From a virus (taxonomy: Duplodnaviria; Caudoviricetes): a DNA stretch of 64,000 nt. The position numbers were made by a program, and so were the translations under genes. The stretch lies in the IMG/VR virus record IMGVR_UViG_3300042474_001076, positions 24,142 to 88,141 of that record. The stretch is one strand, 5' to 3'. The notes under the pieces were generated by a model. It was not told where the DNA came from and searched no databases. It saw only the letters and a list, made by a program, of their open reading frames with translations. Shown here one piece after another: positions 1 through 10,100 of this stretch; the first letter of the stretch is position 1, and each line of letters begins with the position of its first letter.

Positions 1-578
1 ATTATTCTTCTTTGTATATTAATTTCTTGCATTCTTAATAACATATCAAACGCTGGCATCATAAAGTAACTACCCGCCATGTTACCCATTTGAGTAAATC
101 CACCCGGTCCTCCTAATCCTCCACCGGCAATTCCACCAAAAGTCCACGGATCTATTAACGTATTATTTAATTCTGCGGGAGAAAACCACAGTAATTCGTT
201 AAGTTCTCTACACGCAGGTATTTCATATATTTGTTGGTTACCAACTAATTGAATGTAATCTTTCTTTAAAACATAGTCACCGCCAGCTTGTAATCCTACA
301 ATTTTAGAATAGGCATATGTGTATCTTGTTTCATAATCTAAACTTTTAGAGATAAATGCTTTTGCTAATGATTGTGTTTCAACATTTAAACCCCAAAGAT
401 TAGACCATTGTGATTCTATTAACCAATCTTGTATATATTGTGAATAATCATCAATAGAAAATTCTAACAATGTATCCATTTGTTCGTCTTCTAACTCAAC
501 ACTACGAAGAGGAGCACCTAATAGGTGACGAATTCTTGTATATAATTTACTTCTTTCTGGTTCTGAAATTATTGACAT
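1..578 (-). CDS. Neck/head-completion protein (T4 gp13-like), truncated by window edge
   Basis: Not in the ORF track. Hand translation from ATG at 578: MSIISEPERSKLYTRIRHLLGAPLRSVELEDEQMDTLLEFSIDDY..., matching the gp13-type 'LGAP.I.VE....Q' N-terminus. Open to position 1; TATTTAT motif 11 nt upstream. Confidence 0.75.
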   Translation of the reverse strand, partial: MSIISEPERSKLYTRIRHLLGAPLRSVELEDEQMDTLLEFSIDDYSQYIQDWLIESQWSNLWGLNVETQSLAKAFISKSLDYETRYTYAYSKIVGLQAGGDYVLKKDYIQLVGNQQIYEIPACRELNELLWFSPAELNNTLIDPWTFGGIAGGGLGGPGGFTQMGNMAGSYFMMPAFDMLLRMQEINIQRRI

Positions 579-598
579 AGTTTTTATTTATAAATATC

Positions 599-1693
599 TT
601 ATTTTTTAGTTCTCAACAAATATAACTCATTAACAAATTCCCAATTTACATAATTCCAAAAATTTCTAATGTATTCATCTCTTTTATTTCTATATCTTAA
701 ATAATATGCGTGTTCCCAAACATCAAGACCTAATAAAGGATAACCACCGTCTTTAACAACACTCATCATTGGATTGTCTTGGTTGGGTGTTGACATTATT
801 TTTAAAGTATTTTTTTTTGTTAAAATTAACCAAACCCATCCAGATCCAAATCTATCTTTGGCGGTTTGATTAAATTCATCTTTCATTTTTTTTATATTAC
901 CATATTGTTTTGTGATCTCGTCAAATATTTCACCACTTGGTTTTTGTTTTTTTGGTGATAACATTTTCCAAAACAAAGCATGGTTAAATGCTCCTCCGGC
1001 ATTATTTCTAATTACCGTATCATATTTTCCAATAGATTTAACAATATCTTCTAACTCAACATCACCATAATCTTTTTTTGATAAAGCGTCATTTAATTTT
1101 TTAACATACCCTTTATAATGTTTATTATAATGAATGTTCATTGTTTCAGGGTCAACAAATTTATTTATTGATGAATATGAATAAGGTAGTTTATCAATAC
1201 CAATTTTTTTCATCTCTAATATAAAATTTTCACGTATATTTTCTTTTTCAGATAATATAATTTGTTCATTTATTAAATTTATTTTTTTTCCAATACCAAC
1301 TAAACCTTCATACATAAATTTTTCATATTTAGGGAAGTCACGTTCAAATTTTTTAATAACCGATCCGGCTTCAGAATTAGCTTCATCTTCATTTTGACCA
1401 CCAATATCTTGACCTCTTTCCATACCTTTAGTTGTTCGTTGCCATTCGTGTACCCATTCATGAGCCAATGTCCTACAAACATCACGATTTAATCGACCTT
1501 TAGTTAAAATTTTAAGTTCTGAATTTTCTGTTCTACTTCCAGTTGACATTTCACCATTTCTTTCCCCTAAAAACATAATTGTAATATTGTTTTTAATTGG
1601 GTATTTTTTTTGTAAATATTTTATAAAATCTTCCATTAAAGTTTTATCTTCTTTGGACATATCACATTTAATGTGTTTAATTGTTGCTTTCAT
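599..1693 (-). CDS. sodA: Fusion: N-terminal HExxH zinc-metallopeptidase-like domain plus C-terminal Mn(Fe) superoxide dismutase
   Basis: RTLAHEWVHEWQ...EDEANSEAG zincin-like motif. SOD motifs LPYSY, TMNIHYNKHYKGYV, NNAGGAFNHALFW, FGSGWVWL, TPNQDNP, DVWEHAYY. The GG and NQD residues point to a Mn-type or cambialistic enzyme. Confidence 0.9.
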   Translation of the reverse strand: MKATIKHIKCDMSKEDKTLMEDFIKYLQKKYPIKNNITIMFLGERNGEMSTGSRTENSELKILTKGRLNRDVCRTLAHEWVHEWQRTTKGMERGQDIGGQNEDEANSEAGSVIKKFERDFPKYEKFMYEGLVGIGKKINLINEQIILSEKENIRENFILEMKKIGIDKLPYSYSSINKFVDPETMNIHYNKHYKGYVKKLNDALSKKDYGDVELEDIVKSIGKYDTVIRNNAGGAFNHALFWKMLSPKKQKPSGEIFDEITKQYGNIKKMKDEFNQTAKDRFGSGWVWLILTKKNTLKIMSTPNQDNPMMSVVKDGGYPLLGLDVWEHAYYLRYRNKRDEYIRNFWNYVNWEFVNELYLLRTKK

Positions 1694-1716
1694 TATTTAT
1701 AAATATCATATAAAAT

Positions 1717-1742
1717 AAAAAACCCACCTGTGTGGTGGGTTT
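1717..1742 (-). terminator. Rho-independent terminator
   Basis: Perfect stem AAACCCACC-5 nt loop-GGTGGGTTT, followed by a T-run on the minus strand, downstream of the 1770..2318 gene. Confidence 0.8.
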
Positions 1743-1769
1743 ATAATATTATTTTTACTAATACGGTTT

Positions 1770-2318
1770 TTAATCTAAATAACCTAATATAGTTGCTTCA
1801 CCATTTAAACATTCAATTAACGAATCAACTTTTTCTGGATCCATGTTTGGTTCCATTTCTTCATAAATATCATCTATACATGTATTAAATTCTTCTTTAT
1901 TACTAATTAATTGACAACTTTCAGGTACATACTCTTTATCAAATTCAGATAAAGTGTTAAAACATTCTTTAAGCCCATCAGTAAAAGAATTATTATTATC
2001 TTCTGATGATAAAAACCCTAAACTTGATGCTTTTCCCTGTAAACAATTAAATAATTTGTCAAACTCAGATACCTTACTTCCCATTCCCTGTATTGCTAAA
2101 TTTATTTCATTTTTACATTCTATAAATTCATCCCTATTTGTAACTGATTTACAACTTTCAGGTATATTTTCATTAGTTAAACCAAATGAATCAAAACATT
2201 CTTGAAATTCCTCAATATTTTCAAATAATAAACCTTTTTGTTTTAAATATCTTTGTTCAACAAGTAAATTAACTTGTTGAGTTTTTCTAATTTTAGTTTG
2301 ACTTCTACTATTTGACAT
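1770..2318 (-). CDS. Hypothetical protein: basic leader plus two tandem 4-Cys helical repeats
   Basis: Internal duplication ECF...PESC...EF..C...L..CL.G.A..LG[FY]L occurs twice. The N-terminal leader ends in LLVE/LLFE. Confidence 0.75.
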   Translation of the reverse strand: MSNSRSQTKIRKTQQVNLLVEQRYLKQKGLLFENIEEFQECFDSFGLTNENIPESCKSVTNRDEFIECKNEINLAIQGMGSKVSEFDKLFNCLQGKASSLGFLSSEDNNNSFTDGLKECFNTLSEFDKEYVPESCQLISNKEEFNTCIDDIYEEMEPNMDPEKVDSLIECLNGEATILGYLD

Positions 2319-2661
2319 TAATTCTTCTTTTATTTTCCTTAAGACTTGCGTTCATAACTGGGTTACTTATTTTATTAGCAACACAAGTAAAAAATTTCAC
2401 AGCGTCTTCAGGTTTTTTATTTAATCTTACTAATTCAGACGCACATTTAAACCCTTTCATGAGATCTGTTGGTATTTTTCCATTAGTAATTACCTCCATA
2501 CCTAATTCCAAACAAGTTGGAAGATTAGCCATATCACTTAATGTTAATACTTCTGTTGCACAACTCATAATTTCTTGGGGAATATCACCGTCAATTTCCT
2601 TAATAACTCTTCTAATTAATTTAGATAAATCAGCTTCGGTTAATCTTATTGTTTTTTTCAT
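2308..2661 (-). CDS. Hypothetical protein with LTE[AS]DL leader and 4-Cys domain
   Basis: MKKTIRLTEADLSKLIRRVIKE leader, then a domain with four Cys; own TATTTAT motif upstream. Confidence 0.75.
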   Translation of the reverse strand: MKKTIRLTEADLSKLIRRVIKEIDGDIPQEIMSCATEVLTLSDMANLPTCLELGMEVITNGKIPTDLMKGFKCASELVRLNKKPEDAVKFFTCVANKISNPVMNASLKENKRRINVK

Positions 2662-3063
2662 AATATATTTGTTTTTTTATAAATATAACGACAATTGTAA
2701 AAAATTTTTATTTATTATAAATACACTTTGCTGTTTCAGTTGTAAGATTTGTATAATATCTAGCTTTATCAAAAAAGTCCATGTTTTTAGTTTTTTCGTC
2801 TATTATACTTTTAGCCCCTGCAAGACAACTTTTAAGATTTGTCATTGTTTGTCCTGATTCTGTATTTAATGTTTTACAAGAACTAATTTTTTCAAGGTCA
2901 GTTAACTTTAATTGTGATGCTGTTGCAACACACGATAAAACACCACCAATCTTTGAATTTTCTTCTCTTATTACTCGTCTAACAATACGAGCTAAATCAG
3001 ATTCCGTTAATCTTATTGTTTTTTTCATAATATATTTATTTTTATATAAATATAACAACAACA
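2627..3063 (-). repeat. Two near-identical ~65-bp promoter+leader cassettes (about 2627-2694 and 2994-3063)
   Basis: AAATCAG.TTC.GTTAATCTTATTGTTTTTTTCATAATATATTT.TTTTT.TATAAATATAAC..CAA appears twice on the + strand. Confidence 0.85.
2708..3028 (-). CDS. Hypothetical protein with LTESDL leader and 4-Cys domain (start corrected to 3028)
   Basis: MKKTIRLTESDLARIVRRVIRE begins at ATG 3028, paralogous to the start of the 2308..2661 gene. The track's extension to 3064 runs through the promoter region. Confidence 0.75.
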   Translation of the reverse strand: MKKTIRLTESDLARIVRRVIREENSKIGGVLSCVATASQLKLTDLEKISSCKTLNTESGQTMTNLKSCLAGAKSIIDEKTKNMDFFDKARYYTNLTTETAKCIYNK

Positions 3064-3069
3064 ATAATA

Positions 3070-4833
3070 TTATCTTTTTTTATTTATAATGTCTAAAATT
3101 TCTTCAACAACGTCTCCACTATTCTCAGGATTTTCATCCCCCATTACAGTTCTGATAATTTTTTTTTTACGATTTAGGATATCATATATTGCTCCTTCAA
3201 TTGTGTTTTCATATAATGGATAATACACAAGTACATTAGATTTTTGACCATAACGATATGCTCGATCTTCTGCTTGAGCATGTTCTGCAGGAACAAAAGA
3301 TAAGTCATTCATAATAACAACCTCAGCGGCGGTCAAAGTTAAACCAACACCTGCAGCTTTTAAGTTACCAACAAATACTCTAATCTTTTCGTTATCTTGA
3401 AATTCATCAACAGCATGTTGACGATGAGGTTTAGAACAACTACCATCCAAATAAACCGCTTGTTTACCAAAATGTTGATAAATCGTTTGTAATGTGTCAG
3501 TAAAGTTTGTGAAGATAATAACCTTTTTACCTTGTTCAATAATATTTTCGGCAAACTCGATTGTTTGTTTTGTTTTTTCGTTTGAAATAACTTTTCTAAC
3601 TTTCATTAATTTAGAAAATTGAACAGTAAGAGAAGACGATTCATCTTTTTTATTATCAAACCAATTATAATATTCCCCCATCAGTTCTTCATATTCTTTT
3701 GATTTCAAACGAAGATATACAGGAGAAATAATTTTATCAGGAAGATCCAACACATCTTCTTTTAACCTACGAAGAATTTGTTTTGAAGTTCTATCTCTTA
3801 ATTCCTCCAAATTAGATGCTCCCGTTACATTCCAAACTTTTCTTCTACCTGCCATAAATTGATATCCTTGACAATAACGAATAGCGTAAGCCATCCAATT
3901 TTGAGCAACAGGAGATTCAATAATATTTAATAGGTTATAATAGTTCATTGGTCTAGAAGTCATTGGAGTTCCCGTTAATAACCAAACCCTTTTAATGTTT
4001 TTAACAAAATGATTTATGATTTTTGTTCTTTGTGCTTGAGGATTTGAGATCATGTGAGCTTCATCTAAAATAACAAGGTCAAAATTTGATTGATCTAATA
4101 AAGACTTATTTTTATCCGTTGTATTGTGAAAATTTTTTAGGATATCATAATTAACAATAACAAAATCAGATTCAGTTGAAAATTTCTTACCTTCCGAGAT
4201 ATAAACAGGTCTATCTGAATAATTTTCAATTTCACGTTGCCAGTTAATCTTTAATGATGCGGGACATATAATTAATATTTTTTTCGCACCAGTCTCTAAC
4301 GCAGCAATGATTGTACAAGTTGTTTTACCCAACCCCATATCATCAGCAAGAATAAATCTTCTTGATCCTGCTAATTTTTCTATTGCTTCTTTTTGATGTT
4401 GTAGTGGGGGTCTATGACTGTATTTAGAATAATCTACCTCAACTACCTCAACATTGTGAGTCTTTATTAATGATGATTTAGGAACCCAAAATTCTGTTAA
4501 AGGATCATTTTCAAAGAACTTACCCCAAATATGATACGATTTTTCTTTCTCAACTAATAATTTCTCAATGTAAATTTTTTCAGGAGTTTCCATAAAATAT
4601 CTTTCCTCAGCAAACTTCTTCGCAAAATAAGTATCAAGATCAACCCACTTACGAGCAACCTTAGGAACTGTGTCAAAATAATTTATAATGTAATCTGATT
4701 GAGTTCTTGTTGGGTAAAACTTTTTATTATTCTCTTTTTTGGTTTTTAGATACAATATATGATTATTGGCCCCCGAGTATGAGTCTAATAATTCTAACGC
4801 TTTATGTTCTATCAATGATTGATTAATATCCAA
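3070..4833 (-). CDS. SNF2-family (SMARCAL1/HARP-like) DNA helicase/translocase
   Basis: LADDMGLGKT (motif I), DEAH (II), LTGTP (III), QAEDRAYRYGQ (VI). Start uncertain: TTG at 4833 preferred over the track start at 4878. Confidence 0.9.
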   Translation of the reverse strand: MDINQSLIEHKALELLDSYSGANNHILYLKTKKENNKKFYPTRTQSDYIINYFDTVPKVARKWVDLDTYFAKKFAEERYFMETPEKIYIEKLLVEKEKSYHIWGKFFENDPLTEFWVPKSSLIKTHNVEVVEVDYSKYSHRPPLQHQKEAIEKLAGSRRFILADDMGLGKTTCTIIAALETGAKKILIICPASLKINWQREIENYSDRPVYISEGKKFSTESDFVIVNYDILKNFHNTTDKNKSLLDQSNFDLVILDEAHMISNPQAQRTKIINHFVKNIKRVWLLTGTPMTSRPMNYYNLLNIIESPVAQNWMAYAIRYCQGYQFMAGRRKVWNVTGASNLEELRDRTSKQILRRLKEDVLDLPDKIISPVYLRLKSKEYEELMGEYYNWFDNKKDESSSLTVQFSKLMKVRKVISNEKTKQTIEFAENIIEQGKKVIIFTNFTDTLQTIYQHFGKQAVYLDGSCSKPHRQHAVDEFQDNEKIRVFVGNLKAAGVGLTLTAAEVVIMNDLSFVPAEHAQAEDRAYRYGQKSNVLVYYPLYENTIEGAIYDILNRKKKIIRTVMGDENPENSGDVVEEILDIINKKR

Positions 4834-4892
4834 AATTCTCTTTTTATTAAAAATAACAATAAAAAAGATATTTATCAATAAAAACCGTAATT

Positions 4893-5405
4893 ATGGCTAA
4901 TAAAATTCCTATTACAAGATTGGGTAAATTTTTCGGAGAGAACGATTTTGACCTTGATATTTCAATGGGAGAAGAGTGGTTGATTGGTGATATGAATTTC
5001 ACTTGTGTGTTATATCGTATAGATAGGCAAAAGACAAAAACAGATGATGTCTATGGTGAAACCGTTTCGGACGGTATTAAATTTTTACCTCCAATTGAAT
5101 TTAATGCGTTTGTTCAAGTATCGGCACCTGAAAATAAAATGATGGGGTCAACAAGAATGGATCAAATGGAGCCAGGGAATATTAGAGTTTCTGTTTATCA
5201 AAAAACTTTAGATAATTTAAATGTTGATATAAATTTTGGGGATTACATTGGTTACTATGAAACTGAAACTTTGGTAAGGTACTATACGGTTAATAATGAT
5301 GGTCGTGTTGTGTCAGATAATAAACATACCTATGCAGGATATAAACCATTTTATCGTACAATAAGTGCGTCTCCTGTTGGGCCAAATGAATTTAAAGGAT
5401 TATGA
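4893..5405 (+). CDS. Head-closure/neck protein (T4 gp14-like)
   Basis: 'LYRID...TDDVYGE' segment and 'GDYI' typical of gp14-like proteins; sits before the tail terminator and sheath genes. Confidence 0.6.
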   Translation: MANKIPITRLGKFFGENDFDLDISMGEEWLIGDMNFTCVLYRIDRQKTKTDDVYGETVSDGIKFLPPIEFNAFVQVSAPENKMMGSTRMDQMEPGNIRVSVYQKTLDNLNVDINFGDYIGYYETETLVRYYTVNNDGRVVSDNKHTYAGYKPFYRTISASPVGPNEFKGL

Positions 5406-5842
5406 AAATACTATTAAAAGAATCACAAACTAATGAATTAATATCTTTTATAAAAAAAGACCCTAATTTATTAATAAAAAAACAAGTTAAAGTTTATTAT
5501 GATATTACAAGACATATGTTTTCTGTTACATTTTCTGGTATTGTTGTATTAAAGGCAGATTACGTTAGATTAAAAAATGTTAAATTTTTAGTGGGGGAAA
5601 AGGGAAAAGAAAAAGTTAGGTCAGTAAAACAAAAAAATGTTCATGCTTATGTTACTGGAACATTGATTGATTATTGTGAATATCCTTGTGAGGATATACC
5701 AAGTCCTGAAGGAAATGTTGTTATTAAATATAATCCTTATTTTGACGACTCATTTCTCATAAAAAAAACAAAAGAACCAATTTTTAGTGCTGATGAGGTT
5801 GAAATGATAAATTTAGATGATAAAATATTTTTAGTTAATTAA
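5402..5842 (+). CDS. Conserved phage hypothetical protein (KNVHA[YF]V.G family)
   Basis: VYY.....FSV and V.EKG.EKV....KNVHAYVTG motifs recur in phage hypothetical proteins; ATGA overlap with the upstream gene; N-terminal KILLKESQ leader. Confidence 0.6.
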   Translation: MKILLKESQTNELISFIKKDPNLLIKKQVKVYYDITRHMFSVTFSGIVVLKADYVRLKNVKFLVGEKGKEKVRSVKQKNVHAYVTGTLIDYCEYPCEDIPSPEGNVVIKYNPYFDDSFLIKKTKEPIFSADEVEMINLDDKIFLVN

Positions 5843-5844
5843 TT

Positions 5845-6906
5845 ATGGGATTTCCAAAACAAATAAAAAAGACAATTCCTCTTATTAATAAAAAAATCTT
5901 GACACCAAGAAGACATGAGATTGCGGAGATGATTTCAGAGGATGGAACCTACCTTCCAAAATCTTTGTTACATGCAGATTTAGATCGTGGATTTTTAGAT
6001 TTTGTTAGAGATGAATTAAGATGTGTTGTTGATGGAAAAGTTATTCCCGCAATTGATATTTTAATTACAACACAAAATTGGTCTCAGTTTGTTGAAACTT
6101 GGGATTTCCAAAATATTGATAAAAACGCAGAACCCCCCTTTATAACAACAATTAGAACCCCTGAAGTTAAGTTTGGTACAAATCCGGCATTAAGGTACAA
6201 TATACCAAATAGGAAACAATATTATTATGCTAAGGTTCCAACATGGGATGGACAAAGACATGGTATGGACATTTATAAAATACCACAACCTGTTCCTGTT
6301 GATATAACATATACAGTAGTTATACTATGTAACAGAATGAGAGAATTGAATAAATTAAATCAAATTATTCTTGAAAAATTTTCTTCTCGTCAAGCGTATC
6401 AAGTAATTAAAGGTCATTATATTCCAATTGTTATGAACGATATTACTGATGAATCAACATTAGATTTAGAAAAAAGAAAGGTTTATATCCAAAAATACAC
6501 ATTTACTTTATTGGGATTTCTTATTGATGAAGATCAATTTGAAATATCTCCAGCAATTACAAGAGTTTTTCAAATATATGAAACCGATGTAAAAATAAAA
6601 AAGAAAAAACAAAAAAAGGAAACCCCTAATCCACCATCAGTAAAAAGATATGATTTTGCCACAGGTATTACATCAAACGAAGTCACTGAAGTTTTTGATT
6701 ACACTGTTAATTTAAAATTTGTTGATAGTGATAACGTATCAAACGGAACTCCTCCGTCAGGATATGACGTTTATATAAATGGTCTTTATTATGGTAATGA
6801 TGTAAGAGAGATACAAATTAATACTGGAGATACACTAAAAATAATTATTTATAAACAATTCCCAAATGATACATCGTTTTTAATTTTTAATCAGGAATTA
6901 CTATAA
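5845..6906 (+). CDS. Tail terminator/sheath stabilizer (T4 gp15-like)
   Basis: 'PQPVPVDITYTV....N...LN.LNQ.IL..F' gp15-like core; position between the neck and sheath genes. Confidence 0.65.
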   Translation: MGFPKQIKKTIPLINKKILTPRRHEIAEMISEDGTYLPKSLLHADLDRGFLDFVRDELRCVVDGKVIPAIDILITTQNWSQFVETWDFQNIDKNAEPPFITTIRTPEVKFGTNPALRYNIPNRKQYYYAKVPTWDGQRHGMDIYKIPQPVPVDITYTVVILCNRMRELNKLNQIILEKFSSRQAYQVIKGHYIPIVMNDITDESTLDLEKRKVYIQKYTFTLLGFLIDEDQFEISPAITRVFQIYETDVKIKKKKQKKETPNPPSVKRYDFATGITSNEVTEVFDYTVNLKFVDSDNVSNGTPPSGYDVYINGLYYGNDVREIQINTGDTLKIIIYKQFPNDTSFLIFNQELL

Positions 6907-7071
6907 TTAGTCTTCACCGTATACATCTTTTTTTTCTTTACATTTTTCCATAATTAAATTTTCTAAAAATCGATACATTTTTATTCCTCGTTTATCACAA
7001 TATTTTTTTAACACATTGTGGACCTCGGGGGAAATCTTTAAATTTTTTATCTTCTTAGTGTCATTATCCAT
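6907..7071 (-). CDS. Small ribbon-helix-helix (CopG/Arc-like) DNA-binding protein, 54 aa
   Basis: Missing from the ORF track. Hand translation: MDNDTKKIKNLKISPEVHNVLKKYCDKRGIKMYRFLENLIMEKCKEKKDVYGED. Alternating beta-strand KNLKI, helix, G-turn, helix. Confidence 0.75.
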   Translation of the reverse strand: MDNDTKKIKNLKISPEVHNVLKKYCDKRGIKMYRFLENLIMEKCKEKKDVYGED

Positions 7072-7093
7072 AGGTAGAATAAAGGTAGAATAA
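7072..7093. promoter_or_regulatory. Perfect 11-bp tandem direct repeat (AGGTAGAATAA)x2, candidate RHH operator
   Basis: Directly abuts the RHH start codon, between it and the minus-strand TATTTAT motif at 7107-7113. Confidence 0.55.
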
Positions 7094-7149
7094 AATCATA
7101 CCAATTATAAATAGTTTCAAAGAAGTAAAGTTTTTGCGAAAAAAACTAA

Positions 7150-7156
7150 TATTTAT
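7150..7156 (+). promoter_or_regulatory. TATTTAT late-promoter-like motif (example upstream of sheath)
   Basis: Same 7-mer on the coding strand 5-36 nt upstream of about 18 genes. Plus strand: 4869, 7150, 11462, 13091, 14993, 26975, 31660, 36558, 38924, 48399, 55861, 57958. Minus strand: 590, 1699, 2679, 3046, 7107, 62735. Confidence 0.65.
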
Positions 7157-7189
7157 ATAGAAAATAAAATAACTAAATAAAAAAAGACA

Positions 7190-10100
7190 ATGGCAAACAG
7201 TAAAGTATTTGTATCGCCGGGAGTATACACTTCTGAAGTAGATTTAAGTTTCGTAGCACAAAGTGTTGGTGTTACAACCTTAGGTATTGCGGGAGAAACA
7301 TTAAAAGGACCCGCTTTTGAACCAATTTTTGTAAGAAATTACGATGAATTTCAAAACTATTTTGGGGGTACTTCACCCGAAAAATTTATTAACACACAAA
7401 TCCCTAAATATGAGGCGGCATACATTGCGAAATCATATTTACAACAATCTAATCAATTATTTGTAACAAGAATTTTAGGTCTTTCAGGTTATGATGCTGG
7501 ACCATCTTGGTCAATCTTAACTGAAGCAAATGTTAATTGTTCAACAATTGATGTTAATTGTTTTAGTTCAGTGACCGTAAATTGTGAACAACAATGTGTT
7601 ATTCCTTTGGAGTTACCATATTCTGTTGATTTTACGGGATGTACGGATTCAACTTCTAGTATTGAATATATGACACACTTCCCTCAGGAAATATTGGATT
7701 TATTGGATGTGAGTTATGAAACTCCACAAGGAGGAACATCAACTTTGGATAGTAATATAAAAGAATTAATTTTTAATGTAATAACAAATTCAAACCCATT
7801 AATTGCGGAAGACCAATATATTAGTTATTTTGGTAGTGTTGATGATAATGATTATAATGCGTTAACGGTTAATGGATCATACACCGCAACAACAAACGTT
7901 TATGGTGTACCGTCAATACCTTTTAGTGGAAATAATTTATGTGATGGAGCAAACACATCGTGGTATTATTCATTATTTGATAATGTTGGTGGCGGAAGTT
8001 ATACAGGATTCTCATTTTGGTCAATTGTTACTGGTGTAACTAATATTACTCCAATTACAACAACCACAACCGCACCAACAACAACATCAACAACAACCGA
8101 CCCTTGTGTTATTCCTGTTCCAACAACAACAACAACAACAACAAGTCCTATTCCTGTTGAGTGTTTTTCAGGATCAGTAATGGGCGTAATTTATTATTAT
8201 ACAGGAACATCATATACAGAATATGATGATATGGTTGTGGCAACATTTAGATCAAGAGGTATATCAACATATTCAAATGGTAATAACCCAATTTATGAAG
8301 TATCTAATTTGGCAGACGTAGTTTTAGATATGACAGGACAATATTCTGGTGTATTACAAAACCCATATCTACCATTTGGTGTTAATGTTACTAATAAAGA
8401 TGGTGTTAATTTTAACTTTGAAACGTCTTTTGCAACAAGTGACTCACAATATATAACAAAAGTTTTTGGTACGGATAATTTTGGTAAACCAAGAACAGTG
8501 GTTCCTTTATTTGTTGAAGAAAGGTTTCAGGCTTTATTAAACTATGGTTGGAGAAAAGGATTTATTAGAGGATTAAATCCAACATTAGTAGATTTAAATT
8601 CTGCACAAAGTAATGCTTCGGATTCTATTGGTTGGTATTTAGATAAATACCAAACACCAAGTTCTCCTTGGGTAGTATCTGAACTTAGGGGTACAAAAGT
8701 TTATAACCTATTTAAATTTTACACAATTTCAGATGGTGATTCAGCTAATTATGAAATAAAAATATCAATTGGTAATATTTCGTTTTCAAATCAAACATTT
8801 GATGTGTTTATTCGTGATTATTATGATACGGATTCAAATCCAGTTGTGATTGAGAAATTTACTAACTGTAGTATGGATCCAAGTCAAAATAATTTTATTG
8901 CAAAAAAGACAGGTTCATTAGATGGTGAATACCAACTTAATTCTAAATATGTTATGGTAGAAATGAATGAAGATGCTCCTGTTGATGCACTTCCTTGTGG
9001 TTTTGATGGGTTTAATTTTAGAACTTATGGTACCGCAACATCACCATTTCCTGTTTATAAAACAAAATACGATTTTCCTGGAGAAGTTATCTTTAATCCT
9101 CCATTTGGAACACCAATTCAAAGTGGTGGAGATAATGTTAGAAGAACCTATTTAGGTATTTCTAATAATAATAGTTGGGATGGTAATTATTTTGAATATA
9201 TTGGTAAACGAAATACAATCTCAACTTGTGATATTGAAAGTGTTGATTGGAATTATAAATCAAAAGGTTTCCACATGGATAAGGATGCTTCAGGAATAAC
9301 TATTTCAGATGCCTTTACAACATCAGGAACATCTAAATTTAATGTAGGGTCGGCAAATTTCTCATCTGAACCTAATAACCCAACAAGTCCTTATTATAGA
9401 ATTTATTCAAGAAAATTCACTTTATTAGTACAAGGAGGTTACGATGGTTGGGATATATATCGTGAACATAGAACTAACAGTGATAGATATGTTTTAGGAA
9501 GAACTGGTTATTTAAATGGAGCGTGTCCTGATAACAGATATCCAAATGCAGTTGGTTGGGGAGCATTCAAACAAATTGCTGTTGGTGATGGTACTCAAGA
9601 TTTTGCAAATACTGACTACTATGCTTATTTATTAGGAATTCAAACATTCTCTAATCCTGAAGCGGTTAACATTAATGTGTTTGTTTCACCGGGTATTGAT
9701 TATGTTAATAATAGTGACTTAGTTGAATCAACAATAGACATGATTGAAAATGAAAGAGCGGACTCACTTTATATTACAACAACTCCCGATTATAATATGT
9801 TTTTACCAACAACTACAGGTAATGATGGTATTATTTATCCTCAAGAAGCGGTAGATAATTTAGAAACAACAGGAATTGATTCTAACTATACCGCAACTTA
9901 TTATCCTTGGGTGTTAACTCGTGATAGTGTAAACAATACACAAATATATATACCGGCAACTGCTGAGGTAACTAGAAATTTAGCCTTAACAGATAATATT
10001 GCGTTCCCTTGGTTTGCAGCGGCAGGTTACACAAGAGGTATTGTAAACTCAATTAAAGCACGTAAAAAATTAACTCAAGAAGATAGAGACACTCTTTACC

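Noticed and set aside
1954-3089. Plus-strand ORFs 1954..2205, 2312..2857 and 2781..3089
   Set aside because: Antisense shadows of the minus-strand leader/4-Cys genes; their shared 'SVNLIVFFIIYLF' is just the reverse complement of the duplicated cassette.
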